Origin: Macrostomum hystrix
Lineage: Eukaryota; Animalia; Platyhelminthes
Assembly (NCBI GenBank): GCA_950097015.1
Contig: CATNEN010000008.1
Coordinates: 186,001-250,000, forward strand
DNA length: 64,000 bases
Direction: 5' to 3'
Positions 24,666 to 35,215 of the stretch are shown one piece after another; positions within the stretch are counted from its first letter, which is position 1, and every line of letters begins with the position of its first letter. Position numbers and translations under genes: made by a program. The notes beneath the pieces were generated by a model. The model worked only from the letters and a program-made list of their open reading frames with translations, was not told the DNA's origin and did not search any database.

Positions 24666-25668
24666 CCCTATATTCTTTCCATTTCTTTCCTCCTTTTTCT
24701 CTCTTCCCTTTCTCCCTTTCTTTCTATTCCCTTGTTACGCACCTTTTTTCGCTTTGCTTCCTTGTCATAGCTACCTTTTTCCTCTTTTACAGTCGATTCC
24801 CCTCCTTTTTAACCTTTCCTTTCTACTTTCTGTTGCGCCAATTTTTTTCCAAGCCTCCTAATAACCGAAATATCCAGTTCTATCAGCACCACTCCTACTC
24901 ACTCAACTCAACACTGAAGACTGACTACCTGGCCTGCATCCACGGCCCTTTTTCTTGCAGCCATGCACTTTCCGTAATCCTGCTTTTGTAGACTGTTTTT
25001 ATCTAAATTATATAATTATTAATGGTAGACAATCCTATTACCTTCTTCTTCTTTCAGGAACATGTGACTGTCGTTGGAAGCTTCTTTTACCACACCGGCC
25101 AGTTCGACACTTGTCCTGAGTCAATTTCCCGTGATGCGCATTTTCGGAGCCCTTGATCCTGTGCCCTGACGGATGTTCCTGAATCCTACAGATCTTGAAA
25201 AAAGCTATCTTGCCATTCGATGGTATTTTACGCGATTTAAATAGCATACACCTTAAGCATTGGCAGTTTGAATTGTCATATAGTATATTTTTTAAGCTAA
25301 ATATATTTGAAAGCCATAAAACGATACTAATGCTTGTATTATTATCGAGTAAGTTGCACGTTTCAGCTAAATTCTAAAAAAAACTTCTCACCTTTTATTG
25401 CTAGTTGAACTCCTAAGCGGTTCAGTTGAATTTTTCAAATAGCTTGGTTCGTTTATGCATTTATTGAACTAATGTCTCTACATGAAATGGGAATTTCTAT
25501 GAAGTCAGTGTTGATGTAAAAAAACAATTCTCTGCATTTATAATACTCGTACGTGACCGGACACTATAATATCCATTCTGACTGGAGGGTCACTACACCT
25601 TCTCCCGGTCAAATTCAACGTTTTACCAATCAGCTTAGCCAAGTTTCATTATCATCTCGCCTAGCTGC

Positions 25669-27169
25669 GGTATAATATACCATTAATACCCATGCTTTAA
25701 GGGCGTTGATGGAAAATCAGAGGGCGCCGTTAGGCGCCCGAGGATTTTTCATTGACGCCCGCAAAGCTTGGGTATCAATTTTATTGTACCATAGACGTTT
25801 TTGCCTTCGGGGTGTGGGGGCGAAGCCCCCACCCACTACCATAGACTATTTTACTATAAAGTCAAATCGTACGCTGAGCCTTGTTTTTCTCTCCTTTTCA
25901 CCACTCAGCGGACCTTTATTCTATCTACAGTATCTCTCTCTCATTTCTTTCTCTCCCTCTTGGTGCGTGATAAGCAATGCCATAGACTAAAACTGCACGA
26001 AGTCTGAACAAGTTGATGAGGGAAAGGAAAACTAAGGCTAGCTCAGAAATTTCTTTCCTTCAAATCTCCACTGAGCCATGATCAAGATCTACGACGGAAT
26101 AGTGGAAGGCGAGATTGTAGGCTTGTCCACTGATGAGTTGCGCTTCGTCACTGATGAATCGGTCAACCGCTCCGGAGATACTGCGATATCTCAATTCACC
26201 GGACTCGTGACTCTCGAAGCAAGCTTCGTCGAGCAGTTTATGCTGGGATTGTCAGATTATCCGGAGTTAAGCGAGAGCGAGGTACAAGAGATGTCCTCGT
26301 ACAAGAGATAAGGCCGTATGCCCCGTTGAGGCATTCACTCTCTACCTAGAGAAGCTTCCTAGCGACAACCCGAACCTGTTCCCAAGACCGAGGGCCAACT
26401 GGACGGGCGGCGACTGGTTCTGCAGGAAGGAGGTCTTGGGTAAGAACACGCTCGCCGGATTTATGAAGGTTCTCTCCCAGGAAGCTGGTCTCGGTCGGTC
26501 GTACACAAATCACTGCATTCGTGCGACTACAATCACTACTCTGTCGGAGCAAGGCTTCAGTGCGGAACAAATTCAGGCCGTCTCGGGGCACAAGAGACTG
26601 GAGAACGTGATCCGGTACACCAAGCGAGTGTCAATGGATCAAAAGCGTCTACTGTCAACGTCCATGACTTCTGGCTTGCACGGAAGCACCAGCACGCTAG
26701 AAGAAGCAACTCCCGCTAAGCGGATCACTGCAGAGCAGGATGAGACATTGCAGGCAAGCGACATAGCGGCCAGAGAACCCACGATTGTCCTGGAGAAAAA
26801 CGTGGTAAAGTGTTCGATCTACTTGTAACGTGCTTTGAGCCATGACTGCGACATTGACGGCTTTGATTTACCGATTGTTTTTTACCAATTTACCGATTTA
26901 CCGAAGTACCGAAAGTACTACGCTTGTTCGTAATTTTTTTTGTTGAAAGCCTAAATGTCTATCATTGTTGAACTCCAAAGCTACCTGCTTTACAATGCAC
27001 TATTGTTTCACGATTTCTGTCTGGAAAAAATTTGCGGGCAGTTAATGACGTTTGCACCATAGAGTAGACTTCGACGCATATTTATTGAAAGCGGGCTTTA
27101 ATGTAGTCTATGATATTATCGGGCAGGATTAAGTGCCCGCCGGGCAAAAAGGTCATGGTACAATATACC
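25669..27169 (+). mobile_element. Internally deleted Crypton-type tyrosine-recombinase DNA transposon
   Basis: Bounded by direct repeats GGTATAATATACC (25669-25681) and GGTACAATATACC (27157-27169); contains a YR C-terminal ORF. Confidence 0.65.
26316..26828 (+). pseudogene. C-terminal half of Crypton/KCTD1-DUF3504-like tyrosine recombinase
   Basis: The frame extends upstream of ORF 26436: VCPVEAFTLYLEKLPSDNPNLFPRPRANW...WFCRKEVLGKNTLAGFMK...YTNHCIRAT...SGHK...IRY. The HxxR, GH and catalytic Y motifs are present. The N-terminal catalytic Arg region is absent, and the upstream ORF 26078..26311 is in another frame. Confidence 0.85.
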
Positions 27170-27188
27170 TTTTTGCAATTGAATTCGT

Positions 27189-27844
27189 CGAAACCGCAAA
27201 ACAATTCCCCATAGAAGCCAATGTGGTCTAAAAATAGTAAGCCCATAGAAATTAAGCTAAAATTCCAGATTGAATTCGCCGAAATTTCATTTGAATTCGC
27301 GTTACGCGCCAATGGCTTGTATTCATTTGACAGGACAAAAAGCTTCGAAGGGGAAACAATCAAAGAGGAAAGAAAGTTTGCGAACTGATGTACGAGTAGA
27401 ATGAAGTCAACCGAACGATCAAAGAAAAGAGCAATCAATTATGCCAAAATGTCTTCATGATTCAGGCAGCGATTCAAATAGGTTGCCGTGTGATTAGCCC
27501 ACTGCAAGCACTTCTGCTGTGTGATCTGCTGTAGGGCGACCGTCACCTCACGTCTCAGAATTCCCATTCTCCAGGTGTGAAATGTGATGCCAAGGTTTGC
27601 TGCTGCAGCCGTATTGAGCAGTTCCGCACGAACTGGCATGGCAAGTCCTCTCAGCATTTTGAAAACAGGATAGAGAAGGACTGTCGAATTTAAATTGCTG
27701 CGATTTTAGCAACATATAGACACCTCACCAGTGCGAATTCAAATGCAATTTCGGCGAATTCAATCTCGAATTTTAGCTTAATTTCTATGGGCTTACTATT
27801 TTTAGACCACATTGGCTTCTATGGGGAATTGTTTTGCAGTTTCG
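27189..27844. mobile_element. Fold-back MITE with ~112-bp inverted arms enclosing an IS630-like transposase C-terminal remnant
   Basis: Arms 27189-27300 and 27733-27844 are reverse complements with few mismatches. The internal minus ORF 27439..27657 ends CLQWANHTATYLNRCLNHEDI, resembling the CxxWxxHxxxYxxRCLxxExI tail of DDE_3/IS630-like proteins. Confidence 0.75.
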
Positions 27845-28519
27845 GCGCAAAACTTTTTAGCCTGCGGTAATGACAAATGTCTATGGTGATTTCGTATGCT
27901 TTGGACTTAAGAGAAGTCCAAAAAGCGTGCGGTAATGGCGGTGGCATTACCGCACGCCTTTTCAAACTGTAGGAAACGATAGGAGACATAGGCGAATGAA
28001 TTTATGTCTATGGCAAGAAGGGGTAACAAGCTCAAAAACGATTTTCAAACTAGCTCAAATAGGATCAAATTCCACTATATGTAGTAAAAAATTCAAAATT
28101 AAGTACAGGTGTTTTAATGCTATACGAAATTATTGTCTTGATTTAAGGATCTATAATTTTATTGGCAACATTTACTCTGCTTCCTACACAGCAGCTTGAT
28201 TCGACGTAGCTTGCACAAATGCATTGAAAAACATGCTATTTTTTAACCTCAAAAAAACTGTTTTCCGGCTTTAAATAAAAATAAATAAAACATCATTTTA
28301 AAAAATCAGTATCATATTATGCTAGGGTATAAATTCCGGCCTTATCTGGTATAGAGCATTAGGCGACACCATATTGTCAATCCTTATTTTTGAGATTAAA
28401 GTTTTCAAAAGTTAAGAGAAAAACGCAGTTTTTTGTTGCCATAGCAACAAAAAATAACAACAATAGCAACACAACCATATTTAGACCCCTTGGGGTAGAG
28501 GGCAAGCTACGCTAGGGTA

Positions 28520-28778
28520 AAGGACAAGCTGCACTGGGGCAGAGGACAAGCTGCACTGGGGCAGAGGACAAGCTGCACTGGGGCAGAGGACAAGCTGCAC
28601 TGGGGCAGAGGACAAGCTGCACTGGGGCAGAGGACAAGCTGCACTGGGGCAGAGGACAAGCTGCACTGGGGCAGAGGACAAGCTGCACTGGGGCAGAGGA
28701 CAAGCTGCACTGGGGCAGAGGACAAGCTGCACTGGGGCAGAGGACAAGCTGCACTGGGGCAGAGGACAAGCTGCACTC
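28520..28778. repeat. 22-bp tandem repeat (~12 copies)
   Basis: Unit GCACTGGGGCAGAGGACAAGCT. Confidence 0.97.
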
Positions 28779-29723
28779 GGGTAGGGGTTTATCTAGAGCG
28801 AAGTTCGCATGACATTTCTTCGACCAATGGGTGTTTTTTAGTATAAATCCCATGACAAGTTCCCGCAGATCATATTCTGAAAGCAATTTGTAAGCATCTG
28901 CATGCACTTTATGTAACCTATTCGTAATCAACTATGCGGGTTAGCTAGTCAATCTCTCTTTTCTCTAACTTCCTATATCATTATATCGATTACTGCCTGG
29001 CCGTATCACAACCAACATGTATCTAAATCCTTTATCTTGCATACCATTTCACAATCGCTTGTGGCATTTTTACCGAGTGAGGCTGCAGTTAGACCCATTA
29101 ATCAGTAGCGCCACTGCAATGTCTCCAATCTGTACTGTATTGATTCTCACTTTCTCAATTTCATAATTAGTTTATCGTGCATTAGCCAGGCAGTTATTAA
29201 TATAATTAACTTATTATGACATGCGCTCGAACGAATAAAAAATCGAAATTATTTGCGAATAACTAGGCCAGTGTTGAAAAAGAATTCTTTCCTTACTTCT
29301 TCTTCTTCTTCTTCCTAATTCTTTACGTAAGATTCGTATCTGCATAGAGTCACGCAAGGTACTCACGCATGATACTTGTCTACTTTCAAGTATCAATGAC
29401 CTTTGATTAACTTGTTTCTCTGTCATCTCTCTCATTTCTTTCCGGTCTCATCTACTCTTGTCTAATCTCTCCTGTGCCTCTTCTCTTCTCCGTCTCATCT
29501 TTTGATTGTCTAATCTCTCCCCGTCTCATCCCTCTCCTTTCTCATTTTCTCTTGGCCTCTTCTCTTCGATGTTGTTCCTATAAGTATCGGTTTCGTCAAT
29601 CTAAATCATAATTTGGACATTCAGAACGACAATGTCTGTGGTCTCAGCTATTCGGCCATAGAGTTAAGGACATTCAAAATGAGAAAGCGGCAATCAAAAC
29701 GAGAATTAGGAAGGCAAAACAAT

Positions 29724-30270
29724 CTAACCATCAAGCAGTTGAGTGGACGAGCCCAAAATCTGCAGAGATGGCCATGCAGACGGTGATGCTAGGCCCCTTT
29801 GAGTGGTTACGATTCGCCTCACTGGCTGTCCCTTGACTGAGCGGCCTTGGGAGCGCCTGAGCCAAAGGTTGAATCCCGTCTCATCAAGGTAGACGGTGTG
29901 AACTGCAGGATCCAGATGTAGCATAAAATCCGCGTACTCTCTCCGGGCCTGCAGGTTTTCATCAGTGTTAGTTGCAGTCGGCGCAGGTCACTTAAGGTGG
30001 AAAGCGGGTTTTGCTCCAGCTTGTTCTGAAGGCTGGCCTTCATCTCCTCGTCCACTTTGCATTTGCTCTTCTTTTTACCATGCACCTCTTGGTAGCGCCT
30101 GAATCCTTCCTTCCTGCGTACATGCTCGCATAATTCTATACGCAGTTGCAATCGGCTCTTGCAGGATGGCTGCTGCGGCATTTAGTGTTGCCCCTTGCTC
30201 TATAATAGCAGACACCGAGCGTTGCCTGTCGACTGAGGATATTGGTGGGGTATTCGAAAAACAGCAACAA
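29724..30270 (-). pseudogene. Decayed IS630/Tc1-like transposase fragment, copy B
   Basis: Same pieces and same lesions as 10800-11330, so the decay predates the duplication. Confidence 0.8.
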
Positions 30271-30429
30271 GAAATAGCAAAGAAAGAATGGAGAGAAAGC
30301 CAGACCGGCGGAGAACAAGGCAAGGGATTTTTCAGCATTCCCTTCCAAGTTTTATCATTTTGGTTGTCTCTAGTCTATGGTCGAAAGGGTGAATTTTCTT
30401 CCGAGTGTCTGAATTCATTCTCGTTTTGA

Positions 30430-30570
30430 ATGTCTAAAACATTAGACATTCTAGTCTAAAACATAGAAATTCTAGTCTAAAACGTTAGACATTCTAGTCT
30501 AAAACATAGACATTCTAGTCTAAAACATTAGACATTCTAGTCTAAAACATAGACATTCTAGTCTAAAAAA
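30430..30570. repeat. ~20-21-bp tandem repeat of a mini-hairpin (TAGACATTCTAGTCTAAAACA)
   Basis: ~7 copies; each has TAGAC...GTCTA inverted halves; absent from copy A. Confidence 0.85.
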
Positions 30571-30909
30571 TGCACAATCATTTATATTGACAAAAGCTAT
30601 ACTTAAAAGTCATTGGGAGACTGCAACTATCGTATCGTGTGTATGTTACTAGTACTCATCTAGTGCATTGGAATTATAGAGACGAGCAGAGTTAAGTACA
30701 GAGAAAAGTATAATGTAAAAGACCAATTACCCAACCAATCTGTTTAGATTGGCTGTATAAAGGCACGCATTATTTCTCTTTCGCTGTATTTCGAACTTCA
30801 GACCTCCCAATCAGGGAAATTAACTAAACAACGAAGCAATCTGCTTGCTAACAGGAATTAACTAGCTAACAATAAAGTCTCAGTCGGCAGCTGATTATGT
30901 GCTGTAGTA

Positions 30910-31591
30910 TTAGCGTCCGAAAGGTGTGCAGCAACTCATGCGACATCTGCCGCAGAACAGGCCCGGGCAGCAATTCCGATTATTGTAGCCGCATCCCTCC
31001 GAGTCTCCGAAGCAGGTCGGCGTGGACTTCTGCGGTGGCTGGTTCCAGTTTTTACGTGTACAGCAGTTCATTCGACACCTGCCGCAGAAAAGTCCCTTGC
31101 AGCAGGGTTTTCCAAAGTCGCACGCATCTCCGTTCGCCACGCAATTCGACAAAGTTGTGGTCAGGCAGCTGTTTGAAACTGAGATGAATAAATTAGTGAT
31201 TTAGTGAGTTTTGTTTGCAAATGGCAAATCATTCGGTGACGCTAGAACCGCAGCCAGCGAAGAGGCAATTCCGCCCATTCTGCTGACTCCTGAGCACACG
31301 CGCACACAGATACCATACTCAGGCGCACACTCACAGGTGTGTGTACACCTGCCCTGACTTTCTCCCCAAGCCTTCTCTCCGCTGCAGCGACTGAGTACAA
31401 ATGGATGTAGCCTCTCCACGGAATCGAGCTCAGGGACCTTGGTGCGAGAGGCAAATGCGTTAGACCGCTCTGCCACTCACCCCCTAGTGATTTAGCTAAG
31501 GCTCAGCGGAATGGGCACAATGAGACCTACCTCTGCGAGCAAGAACAGCAAAAACGCAGACTAGAAGTGCGAATCGAACCAATGGCAGCAT
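30910..31591 (-). CDS. Secreted double cystine-knot peptide precursor, copy B; exons 31591-31531 and 31178-30910
   Basis: Intact splice sites and ORF; differs from copy A at two residues seen (RMS to RMN, TRNN to TRKN). Confidence 0.85.
31220..31484 (-). mobile_element. tRNA-derived SINE, copy 3 (duplicate of copy 2)
   Basis: Reverse complement of 9608-9873. Confidence 0.78.
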
Positions 31592-32027
31592 TTTCTAGGG
31601 TGTTGATAACTATAGCGTCGTCGTTAGATAAACTTTGTTTTTTTAACGGAAATCACGAAAGTTTCTTAGCTCACTTGTATTGTCGCTGATGATCACAACC
31701 TAGACCAAACGTTGAAGCTAATTATCAGCGTTATACGAACGTTTAAGTTCATGCCATAGACAAAATCTGTAAGCATCACTCCTAGGCCGTCTTGCCCGCG
31801 AAATCGTGAGACAAATTATAGTTCTGTCTATGGATTTGAGGGCAGCGGGCCCGAAAATCGATAGATAGAGCTGTGTTCTCTCTGATTTTGCGGGCGAAAC
31901 ATAGACGAAAGTAGCGGGCTCCGTCCGCTCCAACTCATTCACACCCGGCATATTTGTCTATGGTAAAATCGAGTTGTCAAACTGCGTTTAATGAAGAAGC
32001 CGAGTGAAGTCAGACAGAAAGAGTATA

Positions 32028-33393
32028 CACTCAGCAACATTGAAAAGTTTCCACCCTCGCGCAAGTTGTATATTTAGAGTTTCAAAACCGGTTTTTGTCG
32101 CCAGACTTGTGCCATAGACGATTGATGATTTCGTCAACACGCACTTGGGCCATAGACGCCAGACAAGTCGAAGGAAACATTCACATGTAGCAGTCAGCTT
32201 ACAGGAGTCTATGATCCACGTTCGCAACCAAACGGAATGGTTCGCCAAATGACCGACCTGGAACGAGCGCGCGCCGTTGGCATGCTGGACGCTGGGGTGT
32301 CCATCCGAGCTATTACTCGCCAAATTGGTCTCGCACAGCAATCCGCAAACTGCAGATCAAGTGCAGAGAAACTGGCAGCGTGGCGCTAGCGTGGCGTGGC
32401 GCTAGCGTGGCGCTAGCGCAGCGCGGCGCTAGCGTGGCGTGGCGCTGGCGCGGCCGGCGGCTCAATTTGCGCAGTACAACTAGGAGGGCGGACCGGCGAT
32501 CGCTGCGAATGTCGAAGGGAAGCCCCACATTGCCAGCCACCCTGCTACGGCTGATGTGGGCTGAAAGAAGCAGGCGAGGGGATATTCTGAGCGCCCAAAC
32601 CATCCGACGACAATAGCGGGAGTCGGGGCTCTGATCCCGTAAGATGCGCAAGCGGCCACGCCTGACCCCAACCCATGTGGCCAGCCGGCAACAATGGGCA
32701 ATGCAAAGGGTCCAGTGGAGGCAGCAGCAGTGGCGGCGAGTGATTTTCTCGGATGATAGCCGCTTTCGATTGTTCCGTGCCGACGGCCGCATTCGCGTGT
32801 GGCGCCAGCCACGCCAGGAGATGCTGCCGCAGCACGTGCAAAACTCAGAGAGCCAGTCAGCTTCTATTCACGTGTGGGCAGGCATCAAAATGCACGCAAA
32901 GACGGAGCTTGTGTTCCTGGATGCGACTGTGACTGCCGAGTCGTATTTGCCAATTTTTTTGCCAAGCCAACCTTCTACAGACGCTGCTGCCCTTCATTGA
33001 TGCTTCATGTGGTGGCGTGGGGAACAGCGTCCTCCAAGACGACAACGCCCCACCGCATCGCGCAGCCGCTGTGGTGCATCTGAAGGACTGACTACTTCGG
33101 AATCACTGTCTACCGCGAATCACTGTCTACTGCATGGCAACAGCTACCGAAAGATTTTCTGCGACGCCTGGTTGTGGGTATGCCCGGAGAGTGTGCGCTC
33201 TGCTGCTATACGCGTTACTGACCCTGTTCTGGGCCAGTTGGCACCAGATGCTCGCGTAATTTCTTTGCTGTTCGTTTGCTTCGTTCGAATCCGGATTTTA
33301 TATTTGTCTATGGCTCAAACCACTAATATCTCCACCCACCAAAACGTTGACGCTTCGCGCGCTAGGGTGGAAACTTTTCAATGTTGCTGAGTG
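32028..33393 (+). mobile_element. Tc1-family DNA transposon, defective (frameshifted transposase)
   Basis: 30-bp TIR CACTCAGCAACATTGAAAAGTTTCCACCCT at both ends; TA TSD (32026-27, 33394-95). Transposase pieces MVRQMTDLERARAVGMLDAG, RKRPRLT...WRRVIFSDDSRFRL...VWAGI, LQDDNAPPHR. The empty site is in copy A at ~5845-5860. Confidence 0.93.
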
Positions 33394-33643
33394 TATATAG
33401 CATTTTTCAAGCCAAGCTATAGGAGTATTTTTCAATAGCTCCTTATTGCTGTCGATTTGCGCAGTGAAATAAATTTTCCATTTTAAAGCAAACTTCTGGT
33501 TATGTTTACCGTTCTTTAGTTGGAATTTATTTTATATTAAAGCATTGAAATAGAATAGCAATTAGAATTTTACCTTCGTCCACAGGCTGCAATACGTACA
33601 GGACGGACTGGATAGGGTTTAGAGGGCCCCTAATACTTTCTGC

Positions 33644-33905
33644 ACCCCTTCCTCAGTCTGTCTTCTACCCCTTCCTCAGACTGTCTTCTACCCCTTCCTC
33701 AGACTGTCTTCTACCCCTTCCTCAGACTGTCTTCTACCCCTTCCTCAGACTGTCTTCTACCCCTTCCTGAGACTGTCTACCCCTTCCTCAGACTGTCTAC
33801 CCCTTCCTCAAACTGTCTTCTACCCCTTCCTCAGACTGTCTACCCCTTCCTCAGTCTGTCTACCCCTTCCTCAGTCTGTCTACCCCTTCCTCAGACTGTT
33901 TACCC
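33644..33905. repeat. 23/20-bp tandem repeat
   Basis: Unit CTTCTACCCCTTCCTCAGACTGT. Confidence 0.92.
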
Positions 33906-34605
33906 CTTTTCTGAGTGTGTTCTAACTTATTAATTGTTGAAAAACTTTTTTTTCTAACTTATTTTTTGTCGGCTTTAGACCTCATTGGTGACCCAAAAGT
34001 AGAAAGCGTCAATATTTAAGTTGACACGGGTTAAATAACACAGCTGACAGCTTGTGTATTATGTGTGAGTTGGCGACCAATTTTTGGACTTGTAAAATCA
34101 TCTGGAAATGGTAAACCGAGAGGCAGAGCTGGCACTGAGTCTGATTGGAAGCTCAGCCAAAGGGAAGTCGCAGCCTCCAGTCTCCGCCTCTTTACTCATC
34201 CCTCCCGTCCCTCTCCGTCTCTCTGAGCGGTTCGTATTTAAATCTATAGGCTCTGTTGGGGCGGGAGCTGTGCTAGCCGAGCTATACAGAGGTCACAGTT
34301 CTGCCAACCCCAATCTCTCCTCTCAGCTGGTTCTCCCCTTCCGAAGCTTCCTTCCTAGCCGGCCGCATCCTCGGCTCCGTCGTTCTTCAAAATCCTCACC
34401 GAAATATCCCCCCAATAGCTTCCCTAAAACCGCCTCCCCTTAGTGCCAGAGAGACGAGGACAGAAAAACAAGGCCAGAGAATTGAGCTTAGACCCATAAA
34501 AATATATCGCCGTTTGCACCGTCCCTAGAGCAGCACTTTGGCTCCAGTTTGGCCATACCCGATTCTCAAATCCCAGAGCGATTGGAAGCAGAGTCCCTGG
34601 CAACG

Positions 34606-35044
34606 ATGGAGCCGCCTATTCGCATTGAACTGCAGCCTCCAGCCGAGGAGAAACTCCTGCGTGACTGTCATTTCGCCGCCCGTTGTCATGGTAACGGCGT
34701 CCTCCTGCGCAGCAACGGACGCTGAGCAGACCGGCCAGGAGCCCGTTCTTCGTCGTCGCCAACTGTCGCCACCGTCTCGATCTAGACGCTCCCGCTCGCT
34801 GCCGTCGGTGCACGAGGAGCCGGCCGATTCGGCTGCCACCGGAGCCGGCGGCGCTGCATCGTCGGGCGCCACCGCCGGCGCCGCGCCTTCACCCGGCAGT
34901 CGGCGGAAATTGTCGGACTCGGCGCGTCGGCTGGCTCTGGACACCATGCCGGCACCTGTGGACCCCACAGCTAAGCAGCGGCGCAGATCCTTTGATGTCT
35001 CAGCGTTGCAGAAGAATTTGGGAGCCATTCAGGAGAACGACTGA
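34606..35044 (+). CDS. Hypothetical disordered protein with several RRxS/RRxxS basic phospho-motifs
   Basis: GC-rich ORF 34538..35044 with coding-like composition and TATA-like elements upstream (~34236, ~34495). The best ATG (34606) is +1 out of frame; an in-frame ATG is at ~34688. Confidence 0.45.
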
Positions 35045-35215
35045 TGGAATAACTAGCTGATGGGACTTTTCTTTATCCGTTTCTTACGAAAACCGGAATA
35101 TTTTTCTCCTAGAGATCAAATTTTCTGTGTTTAAAGCTTGGAATCTACGAGTACTTGTCAGCGTCTATTTTATTTTAAAAGTTCACAGGTCCATGAACTT
35201 TGCTGTCCAGAACAT

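Larger units (their letters stand above)
29468..33412 (-). repeat. Copy B of the inverted segmental duplication (core plus Tc1 insertion)
   Basis: Reverse complement of copy A; homology ends in GA-rich sequence at 29468 and at CAAGC 33412. Confidence 0.95.

Noticed and set aside
25048-25197. Exon-like minus-strand segment with a neuropeptide-like CRTGRC-GKR motif
   Set aside because: No signal-peptide exon was found, and a single short motif is within chance.
26316-26828. Phage integrase or bacterial contamination
   Set aside because: The motifs (CPV..F..YL.KL, LGKNTL, YTNHxxRAT) are of the eukaryotic Crypton/DUF3504 type, and there are no phage genes nearby.
27925-27965. Rho-independent terminator or Helitron 3' end
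   Set aside because: The context is eukaryotic, and there is no CTRR at the expected distance after the hairpin; it is kept only as an unexplained hairpin.
28435-28448. Perfect RFX X-box GTTGCCATAGCAAC
   Set aside because: It has no associated gene start and lies between TE fragments and a satellite, where such palindromes are common.
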